DNA from: Dehalococcoidia bacterium
GTDB taxonomy: Bacteria > Chloroflexota > Dehalococcoidia > Lucifugimonadales > JAGWBF01
Reading direction: 5' to 3'
Length of the DNA: 64,000 nt
Assembly (NCBI GenBank): GCA_965207305.1
Contig: CBDBMB010000002.1
Coordinates: 193,777 to 257,776 of the forward strand
Under the pieces are notes generated by a model that was not told where the DNA came from, did not search any database, and saw only the letters and a program-made list of their open reading frames with translations. This document shows positions 18,698 through 26,817 of this stretch, piece by piece. Each line of letters begins with the position of its first letter. Positions within the stretch are counted from its first letter, which is position 1. Position numbers and translations under genes: made by a program.

Positions 18698-19460
18698 CGG
18701 ACGCCGGCGATCGGCCGCCCTGGGCCCTGCTCCGGAGGAGCGCCTCGGCTATGTGCATGTCCTCCTGGCTGGTCACCTTCAGGTTGGCGTAGGACCCCAT
18801 GAACACGTGGACGTCGTGGCCGAGGCGCTCGACCATGGACGCGTCGTCGGTGACGTCGTCTTCGCAGGCCCTGTGGGCCTCTTGAAGGATGTCGTACAGG
18901 AACACCTGGGGGGTCTGGACCAGCCACAGGGTCTCCCGGGGAGGGGTGGCGTCCACCCTGCTCCCCTTGGTGACGACTTTGATGGTGTCCTTGGCTGGGA
19001 CGGCGGCAACGGCGGCGCCGGACTGCGAGGCCGCCTCCAGCCCGCGCCGGAGGGTGTCGCCGTCCACGCACGGCCGGGCCCCGTCGTGGACGGCGACCCA
19101 GCGGCAGGGAGACAGACGCTCCAGACCGAGACGGACAGAGTCCTGGCGCCGCGCCCCGCCGGCGCAGACGGACTCTGGAGGGAGCTTAGTCCACGCCCGG
19201 TCCCTGGCCAGCGACCTGCCCAGCACGACCTTCTCGGGGGACAGGACGAGGACCAGCTCGCCCACCAGTGGGCTGGCCTGCAAGGCCTCGACCGTGTGGG
19301 CGATGAGGGGCTTGTCCAGGACGTGTGCGAAGATCTTATCCACGCCGGCCATGCGGCGGCTCTGCCCGGCGGCCACCACTATGACACCCAGGGAACCGTT
19401 GGCAAGGGGTGCGGCGGCCCGCGCCGCTGTGCTGCCCGTGGTCGTGTCGGGGACGGGCAT
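18690..19460 (-). CDS. ispD: 2-C-methyl-D-erythritol 4-phosphate cytidylyltransferase
   Basis: VIVVAAGQSRRMAGVDKIF and ...VAVHDGARP... motifs are present. The gene overlaps ispF by 8 nt. Confidence 0.9.
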   Translation of the reverse strand: MPVPDTTTGSTAARAAAPLANGSLGVIVVAAGQSRRMAGVDKIFAHVLDKPLIAHTVEALQASPLVGELVLVLSPEKVVLGRSLARDRAWTKLPPESVCAGGARRQDSVRLGLERLSPCRWVAVHDGARPCVDGDTLRRGLEAASQSGAAVAAVPAKDTIKVVTKGSRVDATPPRETLWLVQTPQVFLYDILQEAHRACEDDVTDDASMVERLGHDVHVFMGSYANLKVTSQEDMHIAEALLRSRAQGGRSPASDG

Positions 19461-19469
19461 CCTGGGCCG

Positions 19470-20393
19470 TTACTCTACCTTGGGCTGGGCGAAGATTATC
19501 CGTCCGGCCGCGGTCTGGAGCACCCTGGTGACGGTGACGTCGCGGAAGGTGTTGAGGTACCTGCGGCCTCCCTCGACCACCACCATCGTGCCGTCGTCGA
19601 GGAACGCCACGCCCTGTCCCACCTCTTTGCCTTCCTGGATGATGTTGACCGTCAGGTTCTCGCCGGGAATGACCATGGGCTTGAGGGCGTTGGCCAGCTC
19701 GTTGACGTTCAGGACGCGGATGCCGTGGACCTCGGCGACACGGTTGAGGTTGAAATCGGTGGTAAGGATGGGGGCTTCCATGGCCTTGGCCAGCTTGACG
19801 AGCTGGCCGTCGACCTCGGTGCCGTTGAGCAGGGAGGCGTCCAGCACCTGGATGGGCACGCCGGTCTCCTTGCGGATCTTGGCCAGGGTTTCCAGGCCGC
19901 GGCGGCCCCGGTTTCGCCTCAGGGAGTTGCTGGAGTCGGCTATGTGGCGCAGCTCGTCGAGGACGAAGCCGGGTATGACCAGGGTACCCTGAAGGAAACC
20001 GGTCTGGCCGAGGTCGGCGATCCGGCCGTCTATGATGGCGCTGGTGTCCACCAGGATGTTGCCGGTCAGGGCGTTGGCGTAAGGATCTTCCGTCGCGTCG
20101 CGGGGAAAGAACCTGCGCATGTCCCGCTCGCGGCCGGCCCCAATCAACAGTCCCAGGGAGCCCAGGCAGCCGGTGATGGCCAGGGGCACTCCCCAGGACA
20201 TCCAGCCGTCCAGGTTGAACAGGGGCACGGAGATCAGGGCCGCCACCACTAGGCCCACGACCAGCCCGATGGTGCCCGCCACCATCGTCGACGCGGGCAC
20301 CCGACCTATGGCGTCTATCAGATTGTTAAACGGCCTGAACAGATAAGGCGTTTGGTCCCTCCGGGCTGCGTGCCCCGCCGGCGTCGGCCCCAT
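19470..20393 (-). CDS. PIN/TRAM domain protein (YacL-like), membrane-anchored
   Basis: N-terminal TM helices, a PIN core ILVDTSAIIDGRI...VIPGFVLDELRHIADS, and a C-terminal TRAM domain (VNIIQEGKEVGQGVAFLDDGTMVVVEGG). The yacL-ispD-ispF-cysS order is known from Firmicutes. Start placed at ATG 20393; the track ORF extends to 20561. Confidence 0.75.
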   Translation of the reverse strand: MGPTPAGHAARRDQTPYLFRPFNNLIDAIGRVPASTMVAGTIGLVVGLVVAALISVPLFNLDGWMSWGVPLAITGCLGSLGLLIGAGRERDMRRFFPRDATEDPYANALTGNILVDTSAIIDGRIADLGQTGFLQGTLVIPGFVLDELRHIADSSNSLRRNRGRRGLETLAKIRKETGVPIQVLDASLLNGTEVDGQLVKLAKAMEAPILTTDFNLNRVAEVHGIRVLNVNELANALKPMVIPGENLTVNIIQEGKEVGQGVAFLDDGTMVVVEGGRRYLNTFRDVTVTRVLQTAAGRIIFAQPKVE

Positions 20394-20585
20394 GGCAGGG
20401 GAACCGTCCACTGCCGGGACCGCTGGCGACGCGCGGCGGAAACGGGCTTCCTTGACTTCTCCCACGTTCGAAATAGGACGCCCTGAGTCTCGACCGGATG
20501 CGTCGCTAACTGATACTAGAATACCATAAACCATATGCGCAGAAAAAGAACGTAATGGCACTCGGATGGCGTGTTTTGAGGCCTT

Positions 20586-21233
20586 GTGTAGGGTAGGCCC
20601 CCGGCGGGTTACCCAGATTGCTCAGGGCACTTTTCCGTCGGCCCCCTCCGAACTGGACGTGCGGGTTTCACCGCATCCGGCTCTCCAGTGGCCTATGTCA
20701 GCTTCTGCGGCCTATATTCCGTCTAAACCACCTGACTCCCTCTCGCCATGTACCGGGCTTTCCCCGGCTCGGACTACTATGGAGGCTCCGTGACCATAGG
20801 AGTCTCCCCCCGTAGGCCATCCCGCGTTCCGTTGACGTTGGAGTTTTGGCTCGGCTATTCTCAATTTATGCCCATAGCGATTGAGGGCCATTGCCAGGCA
20901 CTGCCAACAGGAGGAACCGTATGACAGCCCGTTCTACTTTGGGCAGGTTTTTGTCGGGTCGTCGAGTCCTCGTTTTGGCGGCAGTTGTGGTAACTGCGCC
21001 GTTGGTCTCTGTGGCCTACTTTCTGGTGTGGCATTATCTCAGTGAAGATGGTGAAGATGCGGTATGCTGCGAGGTGAAGGTGGAGAAAGCGGTGGATTCA
21101 TCCTCGCTGGATTATCCTTCGCGGTGGCTCACGTTTTTGGTTAGCTCTTGTGTTGGAGCCCCACCTCCACAGGTATCGTCGCTGCGGGAGACCGACGACG
21201 AAGTACAGGTCAGGGTGGTCGTCGTCTCCACAC
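20586..21233 (-). mobile_element. ORF-less (or decayed) group II intron. The 3' two-thirds are confident; the 5' boundary is unresolved (GUGUG at 21233 or GUGCG at 21377)
   Basis: Reading the minus strand:
- Domain III-like CAUAGUAGUCCGAGCCGGGGAAAGCCCGGUACAUGGCGAGAGGG at 20781..20740.
- A 40-nt domain IV hairpin at 20736..20697 with no room for a reverse transcriptase.
- Domain V at 20683..20650.
- A domain VI candidate with a bulged A in GGCCUACCCUAC(AC), ending about 20586-20588.
- DI-like CUAUGGG...GCCGAG at 20878..20850.
There is no RT/maturase ORF on this strand. Confidence 0.7.
20650..20683 (-). ncRNA. Group II intron domain V (catalytic hairpin)
   Basis: The 34 nt are GAGCCGGAU-GCGGU-GAAA-CCCGC-AC-GUCCAGUUC. 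They show the AGC catalytic triad at nt 2-4, a 2-nt AC bulge and a GAAA loop. This is near-identical in layout to the canonical GAGCCGUAU...GAAA...AC GUACGGUUC. Confidence 0.8.
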
Positions 21234-21364
21234 CGGTCCGAGATTGTGAGTACAGCCCAGATGCCGTTACAGTCCAACTGCAAAGGCCATTAGGGGGTCG
21301 GGTCGTCATCAACGATACCCGGGTTGTGCCAGTCGATCGAGTCACCCCTGTGCCTACGCAGTGA
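20891..21364 (+). CDS. Questionable ORF (157 aa, one predicted TM helix), antisense to the putative intron domain I
   Basis: The ORF is open with a TTG start (ATG at 20921) and has a hydrophobic segment VLVLAAVVVTAPLVSVAYFLVW. Codon usage is atypical for the window. It lies wholly inside the region where intron domain I is expected on the other strand, so it may be spurious. Confidence 0.25.
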   Translation: MPGTANRRNRMTARSTLGRFLSGRRVLVLAAVVVTAPLVSVAYFLVWHYLSEDGEDAVCCEVKVEKAVDSSSLDYPSRWLTFLVSSCVGAPPPQVSSLRETDDEVQVRVVVVSTPVRDCEYSPDAVTVQLQRPLGGRVVINDTRVVPVDRVTPVPTQ

Positions 21365-21388
21365 GGGCTTGACGCACGACTGGCGGCT

Positions 21389-21412
21389 CAACCGACCACC
21401 GTAGGTCGGTTG
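21389..21412. other. Perfect 9-bp stem-loop CAACCGACC-ACCGTA-GGTCGGTTG
   Basis: Read directly. It lies 11 nt upstream (minus-strand sense) of the GUGCG at 21377. It could be a terminator-like hairpin of the kind some group II introns insert behind. Confidence 0.5.
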
Positions 21413-21563
21413 ACCCAGAAGCTTCCTCCGAGTTTCTCCCGGCTTAGCCGGGTATCCTATGCCGCGTTATGCGGCGCACCCTCCATGCCGCCGAGGGGCC
21501 GCAGCCCTTACTTGCGAGTCCTGCTACACTATTGCGTGATGGAACCGCGTCGGGACGGAGTCG

Positions 21564-23033
21564 ATGGCGGCCGCTAACGGGACGGCGTCCACCCCTGCCC
21601 TCCTCTGGGCCGGCCGGTTGGCCGGGGCCCTGGAGGCTACGTGGCTCCTGACGGTGGCCCTGGTCCCCCTGATATTCGTCCCCACGGACTTCATGTCGTC
21701 GGAGGCGGTGAACGCCTACGTCGAGGTGCCCAAGACGACGGCGCTGCGCCTGCTGGCCGGCGTCATGGTCATCCTCTGGACCGTCGAGTGGCTGCTGAGA
21801 GGCGGACTGACTCGCCCCCCGCAGGCGTCGCGGCCCCTTGCCAGGCTCCAGGCCTGGCTGATGGAGCAGCCCAGCCGCTGGATAGTCGTGGCCGCCACGA
21901 TCTATATCGTGGTAGCCACCATCTCCACGGCACTGTCCCAGTCCTTCTTCATCAGTCTCTGGGGTGAGGTCTCGGGTCAGTTCGGGTACTCGCTGTACAC
22001 CACCCTCTCCTACTTTGTCCTCTTCGCCGTCATCGTCACCCACCTGAAGACCAGGCAGCAGCTCTACCGTCTGCTGGCGGTGATCGTGACCGCCGGTTTT
22101 CTCGTGGCGGTGTACGGAATAGTCCAGAGGTACGAGGGCGACCTGTTGAACGTCGGTGAGGCGGGCAGCATCCGTGTTGCGTCGACGATGGCCAACCCGG
22201 TCTTTACCGGGGCCGCCCTGGTAGGCACCGGCCTGCTGAGCTTGGGGCTGGCCCGGGCCCTGCTGGAGACCTGGGGCCTGACCTCCGGGCGGGCGGCAGC
22301 CGTCGTGCTTCTGACCCTCGCGGTCGGCGCGGGTCACCTGCTGGCGGTGTGGTTCACGGACTCCCGGGGCTCTTGGCTCATCGGCGTTCCGGCCGGCTTG
22401 GTGGCGCTCCTGGGGTTGCCCGCGGCCTTCGACACGCTGGAGGGCGCAGTCAGGCGACGGGCCGTCCCGGCCGACCTCCTGCTGCTGACCGGCTTCATCG
22501 TCGTGCTCACGGCGGCAGTGCTGGCGGCGCAGATGGACGTGATCGGCATCGAGGAGTTCGCAGGGGTCTCGATGGTTCGTGTGCTGGCAGCCCTGATTGG
22601 GGTCCTCGCGTTGTCGAGCATCCTGGCGGCCATCTTCCCCGACAGATTCTCGGAAGGAGTGCGCGACTTCGGCAAGACCCTCCTGCTGGTGGGCTCGGCC
22701 CTGCTGGTCTCCCTGCTGGTCGTGACCTACAGCTACTCTCCCGCGGGAACGGTGAAGCTGGCGTTCCGCGACCTTGCGTTCCTCGATGCCCGGGCGCTGC
22801 TGGCGGTCTTCGGCGCGGCCGGGCTCCTGGGACTGCTGGCGCTGGCGGTGCGCGAGCCAGGGGCTTTACTGGATGCGCGAGACAGGTGGAGGGAGGACCC
22901 ACTCCAGACGCGACGGGCCTCCTCCGCGCCTGCCGTGGGCTGGCGGGTCCGTCTCTCCGCCGCGGCCCGGAACGCCGGCGCGAGGTGGCCAGGGCCGCCA
23001 GGGTCGCCTTGGTGCTGGCATCGGTGGTGGTGA
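21564..23033 (+). CDS. Polytopic membrane protein, N-terminal part of a Wzy_C/O-antigen-ligase-like protein (about 12 TM helices)
   Basis: Many hydrophobic helices are present. The motif LAVWFTDSRGSWLIGVPAGLVALL resembles the start of the Wzy_C domain. The reading frame ends at 23033 in an Arg/Trp-rich tail. Confidence 0.6.
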   Translation: MAAANGTASTPALLWAGRLAGALEATWLLTVALVPLIFVPTDFMSSEAVNAYVEVPKTTALRLLAGVMVILWTVEWLLRGGLTRPPQASRPLARLQAWLMEQPSRWIVVAATIYIVVATISTALSQSFFISLWGEVSGQFGYSLYTTLSYFVLFAVIVTHLKTRQQLYRLLAVIVTAGFLVAVYGIVQRYEGDLLNVGEAGSIRVASTMANPVFTGAALVGTGLLSLGLARALLETWGLTSGRAAAVVLLTLAVGAGHLLAVWFTDSRGSWLIGVPAGLVALLGLPAAFDTLEGAVRRRAVPADLLLLTGFIVVLTAAVLAAQMDVIGIEEFAGVSMVRVLAALIGVLALSSILAAIFPDRFSEGVRDFGKTLLLVGSALLVSLLVVTYSYSPAGTVKLAFRDLAFLDARALLAVFGAAGLLGLLALAVREPGALLDARDRWREDPLQTRRASSAPAVGWRVRLSAAARNAGARWPGPPGSPWCWHRWW

Positions 23034-24835
23034 TAGCCATGCTGGTTGGCGGGCTGGTCCCCACCGTATCATCGGGCGCGCAGCCGCCCGCCATGGACGT
23101 GGCTGAAGGGGACGTCACGGACACGGTTGCCACCGTGGTCCCTGCCGGGCCGGAGGGCCGGGGGCTGAGCTTCCGAAACGACATCTGGGCGGCCTCGTGG
23201 AGACTCGTCAGGGACCGTCCGTGGTTCGAGTACGAGGAGCTGTCGTATGCCCTGGTACGGCCCCTGGTCGGCTACGGCCCCGAGCTGTTCAAGTACACGT
23301 TCCCCCTGGAGAGCCCGCGGGGCGGCCTCCTGAGCCAGGCCCACAACTTCTTCGTGCACCATTTCGTGGAGCAGGGGATACTGGGCGGCTTCGCTTCCGT
23401 GGGCCTTGTCGTGTCTTTCTTCGCCGTGGGCGCGGCCCAGCTCTGGCGCAGCCGGGAGAGGCTCTCCACGGCTCACAGGTGGGTCCTGATCGCCCTCATG
23501 GCGACCGTGGCGGGCCGCGTGGCCGAGATGATGGTCGGGGTGGCCCGGGAGCCGGACCTGGTCACGTTCTGGGTCATGCTGGCCGTCCTGGTAGTCCTGC
23601 CGTCGGTGATGGGGCGGTCCGAGGGGGCGGTTGCCGGGCCGGCTCCAGCGGCCGAGGTCCAGAGGGGCGCCGGAAGGCGGGAGCGGCGGGCCAGGCGGCA
23701 GCGGGAGCGCAGGGCCAGGGGCGCCGCCGGCCTGGGAGCCGCTATATCCCCGGTGAGGGCGCTTGTCCTGGGGGTGATGTCGGCGGGCATCGTGTTCGTC
23801 GGCTGGCTGTCCTGGGACAAGAACGTGGACTACGCCTGGGCGGCTGCCATCGCCGGGTCCGCGGCCGAGAAGCTGTCCGAGGGGGACCTGCGAGCAGGTC
23901 ACCGGCTCATGTCACAGGTGGTCGCCAAGGCCCCGGACGTGCCCGTCTACTACCAGAACCTCGCCCGGGTCTACGACGGCTACAGGAAGTTCGCCACCGA
24001 GAGCCAGGGTGACGTCCAGTCGTGCGAGGAGTACTTCTCCCTGGAGCCGCGAGAGGGGAGGCACCAGGTTGCGGACGGGAGCTTTGCGGAGTGCGCGGAG
24101 GAGTCGTATCTCATCGCCCGGCGGGGGTTGTTGAAGAACGAGGACGCCGCCCAGAACAAGCTGGTCGCGGCCAATTCAGCCATGGCGCTGGCCCTGTTGG
24201 ACTACGAGGGGCTGGACGAGGAGGCCATCCGCTACTACGAGGAGTTGACGGGGATGCTGCCCAAGTCGTGGCGGCAGGAGTACCTGCTCCGCAGGTCCCA
24301 GGTGCGTCTCGGCATGCACCAGGACGTCGTGGAGGGGTCCGAAGAGACGATGGCCAAGGCGCGCACGTCGGGGGAGAGGTCCCAGTCTCTGTACGTTCTG
24401 GGTCTGGCCCACGAGGGTCTTGACCAGCGCGAAGAGGCCATTGACGCCTTCGAGAAGAGCCTGGACCAGCCCGACACCGGCAGTATAGACGCAGAGGTGC
24501 GCCGGCACCTGTTCGCCGCGTACGAGGCCCGGGCCGCGGCGCAGCTGGAGGTCGAGGCCGAGGAGGAGGCGCTGGCAACCCTCGACAGGTATCTTGCCAG
24601 GACCGAGGGCTCCCCTGCCGCCGCCCGCCCCCTGTACCTCAAGGGCTTGGCCTACTACCGGCTGCAGGAGCTGGACCAGGCGCTGGAGGTCCTCCAGGAG
24701 AGCCTGGAGGTGGACGGGGCGGGCGCCATCGCCGCCGACGTCCACTACCTGATGTCCACCGTTTACACGGAGCTGGAAGACGCCGACGCCGCGGCCGAGC
24801 ACGACAGGCTGGCCAGCGAGCTGGAGCAGGGCTAG
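22985..24835 (+). CDS. C-terminal part of a Wzy_C/O-antigen-ligase-like protein fused to TPR repeats
   Basis: RNDIWAASWRLVRDRPW.GYGPELF...QAHNFFVHHFVEQGILGG is the O-antigen-ligase signature loop. TM helices and about 350 aa of TPR-like repeats follow. A possible GTG start at 22985 overlaps the previous ORF by 49 nt in another frame. Confidence 0.6.
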   Translation: MARAARVALVLASVVVIAMLVGGLVPTVSSGAQPPAMDVAEGDVTDTVATVVPAGPEGRGLSFRNDIWAASWRLVRDRPWFEYEELSYALVRPLVGYGPELFKYTFPLESPRGGLLSQAHNFFVHHFVEQGILGGFASVGLVVSFFAVGAAQLWRSRERLSTAHRWVLIALMATVAGRVAEMMVGVAREPDLVTFWVMLAVLVVLPSVMGRSEGAVAGPAPAAEVQRGAGRRERRARRQRERRARGAAGLGAAISPVRALVLGVMSAGIVFVGWLSWDKNVDYAWAAAIAGSAAEKLSEGDLRAGHRLMSQVVAKAPDVPVYYQNLARVYDGYRKFATESQGDVQSCEEYFSLEPREGRHQVADGSFAECAEESYLIARRGLLKNEDAAQNKLVAANSAMALALLDYEGLDEEAIRYYEELTGMLPKSWRQEYLLRRSQVRLGMHQDVVEGSEETMAKARTSGERSQSLYVLGLAHEGLDQREEAIDAFEKSLDQPDTGSIDAEVRRHLFAAYEARAAAQLEVEAEEEALATLDRYLARTEGSPAAARPLYLKGLAYYRLQELDQALEVLQESLEVDGAGAIAADVHYLMSTVYTELEDADAAAEHDRLASELEQG

Positions 24836-24889
24836 GCCCGTGCTCCCGGCCCCGGCGCCGGGCCGGACGTCGCTACCGGGCCCGGAGGA

Positions 24890-25297
24890 CTAGGCGGTGG
24901 CGGAGAGGCCCGCGGCCTGTATGCCCGTCAGGGCCGCTTCCTCGTCCTGCTCGGCGCTGCCGCCGCTGCCCCCCACGGCGCCGACGACTTGGCCGTCCTT
25001 GAACACGGGCAGGGCTCCCTTGCCGGGGACGAAGTGGCCGCCCTCGATGGTGGTGAGAGACCGTACGACGGCGTTGTCGGCGATGTCGCCACTGGGCCTG
25101 CCGAAGGCGGCTGCCGCTGCCGCTTTGCCGCGAGAGACCAGGGCGGTCCTCCAGAGGGCACCGTCGACCCGGAACATGGCGATCAGGTCTCCCCTTGCGT
25201 CGACCACCGACACGCTCATGCCTACGCCCCATCCCAGTATCTTGGCCTTGGCCGCCGCCAGGATCTGCTCCGCTTCCGCCAGGGTCAATGTGGCCAT
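24890..25297 (-). CDS. GlcG/HbpS-like (DUF336) heme-binding family protein
   Basis: SVSVVDARGDLIAMFRVDGA....LVSRGKAAAAAAF...GG.PVFKDGQVVGAVGGSGGSAEQDE is typical of the DUF336/GlcG family. Confidence 0.8.
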   Translation of the reverse strand: MATLTLAEAEQILAAAKAKILGWGVGMSVSVVDARGDLIAMFRVDGALWRTALVSRGKAAAAAAFGRPSGDIADNAVVRSLTTIEGGHFVPGKGALPVFKDGQVVGAVGGSGGSAEQDEEAALTGIQAAGLSATA

Positions 25298-25481
25298 TGG
25301 TCGCCTCCTCGGTCAGTATTGCCACTAGATTATATGGGAGAATCGGTGCTATGGATACCGTCGCGGGCCGTCGTGTGGCCGTGTGGCGAACCCACGGGCC
25401 CGATAGTATAATCGGCCCGCGTTCCCGGTATAGCCTCCCGCACTCTGCCAGCGGGTGGAAGGGGCTCCGGAGGTGCCTTTC

Positions 25482-26666
25482 ATGAGGGATGTCATAGTGG
25501 TGGGTGCGGGGCCCGCCGGCAACAACACTGCCTTCAACCTGGCCGACCGGGGATACGACGTGGTGGTGGTCGACCTGACCCGGCGCATCGGCGACAAGCT
25601 GTGCACCGGCATAGTCGGCCGGGAGTGCCTGGCCCGGTTCCCCATCGACCCCAAGTTGGTCCACCGCGACGTCAAAACGGCCGTGGTAGCCGCTCCCGGG
25701 GGCGAGGTGGTGAGGCTGGGCAGGCAGGACGTCCAGGCCCACGTGGTGGACCGGGTCTCATACGTGGACTCCCTGGCGGAGAAGGCCAGGAACGCGGGCG
25801 CGGAGTACCTGCTGGGCCACAGGGCCACGGAGGTGGTCCGCGATGACCAGGGTTGGAGGGTCGAGACGGTCAACGGCTCCGGCGGGCGTACCCTGAAGGC
25901 CAGGGCGCTGGTGCTGGCCAGCGGGTTCGGCTCGGACCTCACCGGCCGAGTGGGGTTGGGGCGTGTGGGCGACTTCGCGACGGGGGTGCAGGCGGAGGTG
26001 ATGGCCCCCGGAGTGGAGGACATTCACGTCTATTTCGGTCAACGAGTAGCTCCCGGATTCTTCGCGTGGATGGTCCCCACCTCCGGCGGAAGGGCCCTGG
26101 TCGGGCTTCTGTGCCGGAGGCGGGGCCTGGGCCACCTGCAGAAGCTGGTCCTCCGCCTGCAGATGGAGGGGAAGGTGACGCGGGTAACCAGGGCCCCGGC
26201 TAGGTGGGGCGTGCCCCTCCGGCCCCTGGCACGTACCTTCGGCGACGGGCTGCTGGCGGTGGGGGACTCGGCCGGCCAGCTCAAGCCGACCACGGGCGGC
26301 GGCATCTATTACGCCCTGCTGGCCAGCGAGATCGCCGCGGGCACCCTCCACGGGGCGTTCGCGCTGGGAGACCTTTCCTCCGACCGGCTCTCGGCCTACG
26401 AGCGGGAGTGGAAGGACCTCCTGGGCCACGAGATGGACGTGGGGTACTCCGCCCGCCGCATGTTCGAGGTGCTCAAGGACTGGCAGATCAACCTGCTGAT
26501 GCACATGTTTGCCAGCGGCAGGGTCTTCGAGGAGCTGGCGGACCTTCAGTCCCTGTCCTTTGACTGGCACAGCGGCGTGATTGCCAGGCTCATGGACCAT
26601 CCGATGCTCAACCGGGCCCTCACCTTCATGAACCCGGTGCTCGCGACCCTGGCCCCCCGAAGCTGA
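25482..26666 (+). CDS. FAD-dependent oxidoreductase of the geranylgeranyl-reductase family
   Basis: The dinucleotide-binding motif is DVIVVGAGPAGNNTAFNLADRGYDVVVVD, followed by ...LCTG... and VGDSAGQLKPTTGGGIYYAL. GGAGGTG lies upstream of the ATG at 25482. Confidence 0.75.
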   Translation: MRDVIVVGAGPAGNNTAFNLADRGYDVVVVDLTRRIGDKLCTGIVGRECLARFPIDPKLVHRDVKTAVVAAPGGEVVRLGRQDVQAHVVDRVSYVDSLAEKARNAGAEYLLGHRATEVVRDDQGWRVETVNGSGGRTLKARALVLASGFGSDLTGRVGLGRVGDFATGVQAEVMAPGVEDIHVYFGQRVAPGFFAWMVPTSGGRALVGLLCRRRGLGHLQKLVLRLQMEGKVTRVTRAPARWGVPLRPLARTFGDGLLAVGDSAGQLKPTTGGGIYYALLASEIAAGTLHGAFALGDLSSDRLSAYEREWKDLLGHEMDVGYSARRMFEVLKDWQINLLMHMFASGRVFEELADLQSLSFDWHSGVIARLMDHPMLNRALTFMNPVLATLAPRS

Positions 26667-26737
26667 CGCAGGTTTCCCCTGTCGCCAAGTTTTCGCATTT
26701 TTTGGCCCTTTCTTAAACGTGTCTTAAATCCTGCCTT

Positions 26738-26759
26738 TTGCTAGAATCGATACTAGCAA
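26738..26759. promoter_or_regulatory. 22-bp near-perfect palindrome TTGCTAGaATCGATaCTAGCAA overlapping an extended -10 (TGcTAGAAT)
   Basis: Read directly in an AT-rich spacer about 60 nt upstream of the TolB-like gene. The arms TTGCTAG/CTAGCAA are perfect and the centre ATCGAT is self-complementary. Confidence 0.5.
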
Positions 26760-26817
26760 CGTCGGTGGGGGGTGGAATTTGTTCGAGAACTTTGGCCCGA
26801 GGGCTGGTGGCGAGGCC

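Noticed and set aside
20562-20890. The long spacer as RNase P RNA, tmRNA, SRP RNA, 6S RNA, or a cobalamin, glycine or guanidine (ykkC) riboswitch.
   Set aside because: I looked for the hallmark strings GGAAAGUCCGG and ACAGAANCCGGCUUA (RNase P), the GGUCCGGAAGGAAGCAGC helix (SRP), a tRNA-like CCA end with a tag ORF (tmRNA), and the full B12-box or ykkC cores. I found only short partial resemblances such as GCCACUG and GUCCGAG...AAAGCCCGG. The group II intron domain III/V match explains the same nucleotides much better.
22774-23106. The third-frame ORF (110 aa) in the Wzy_C junction region as a separate small gene.
   Set aside because: The translation is Gly/Arg/Pro-rich with no features. It lies entirely within the overlap of the two membrane-protein frames.
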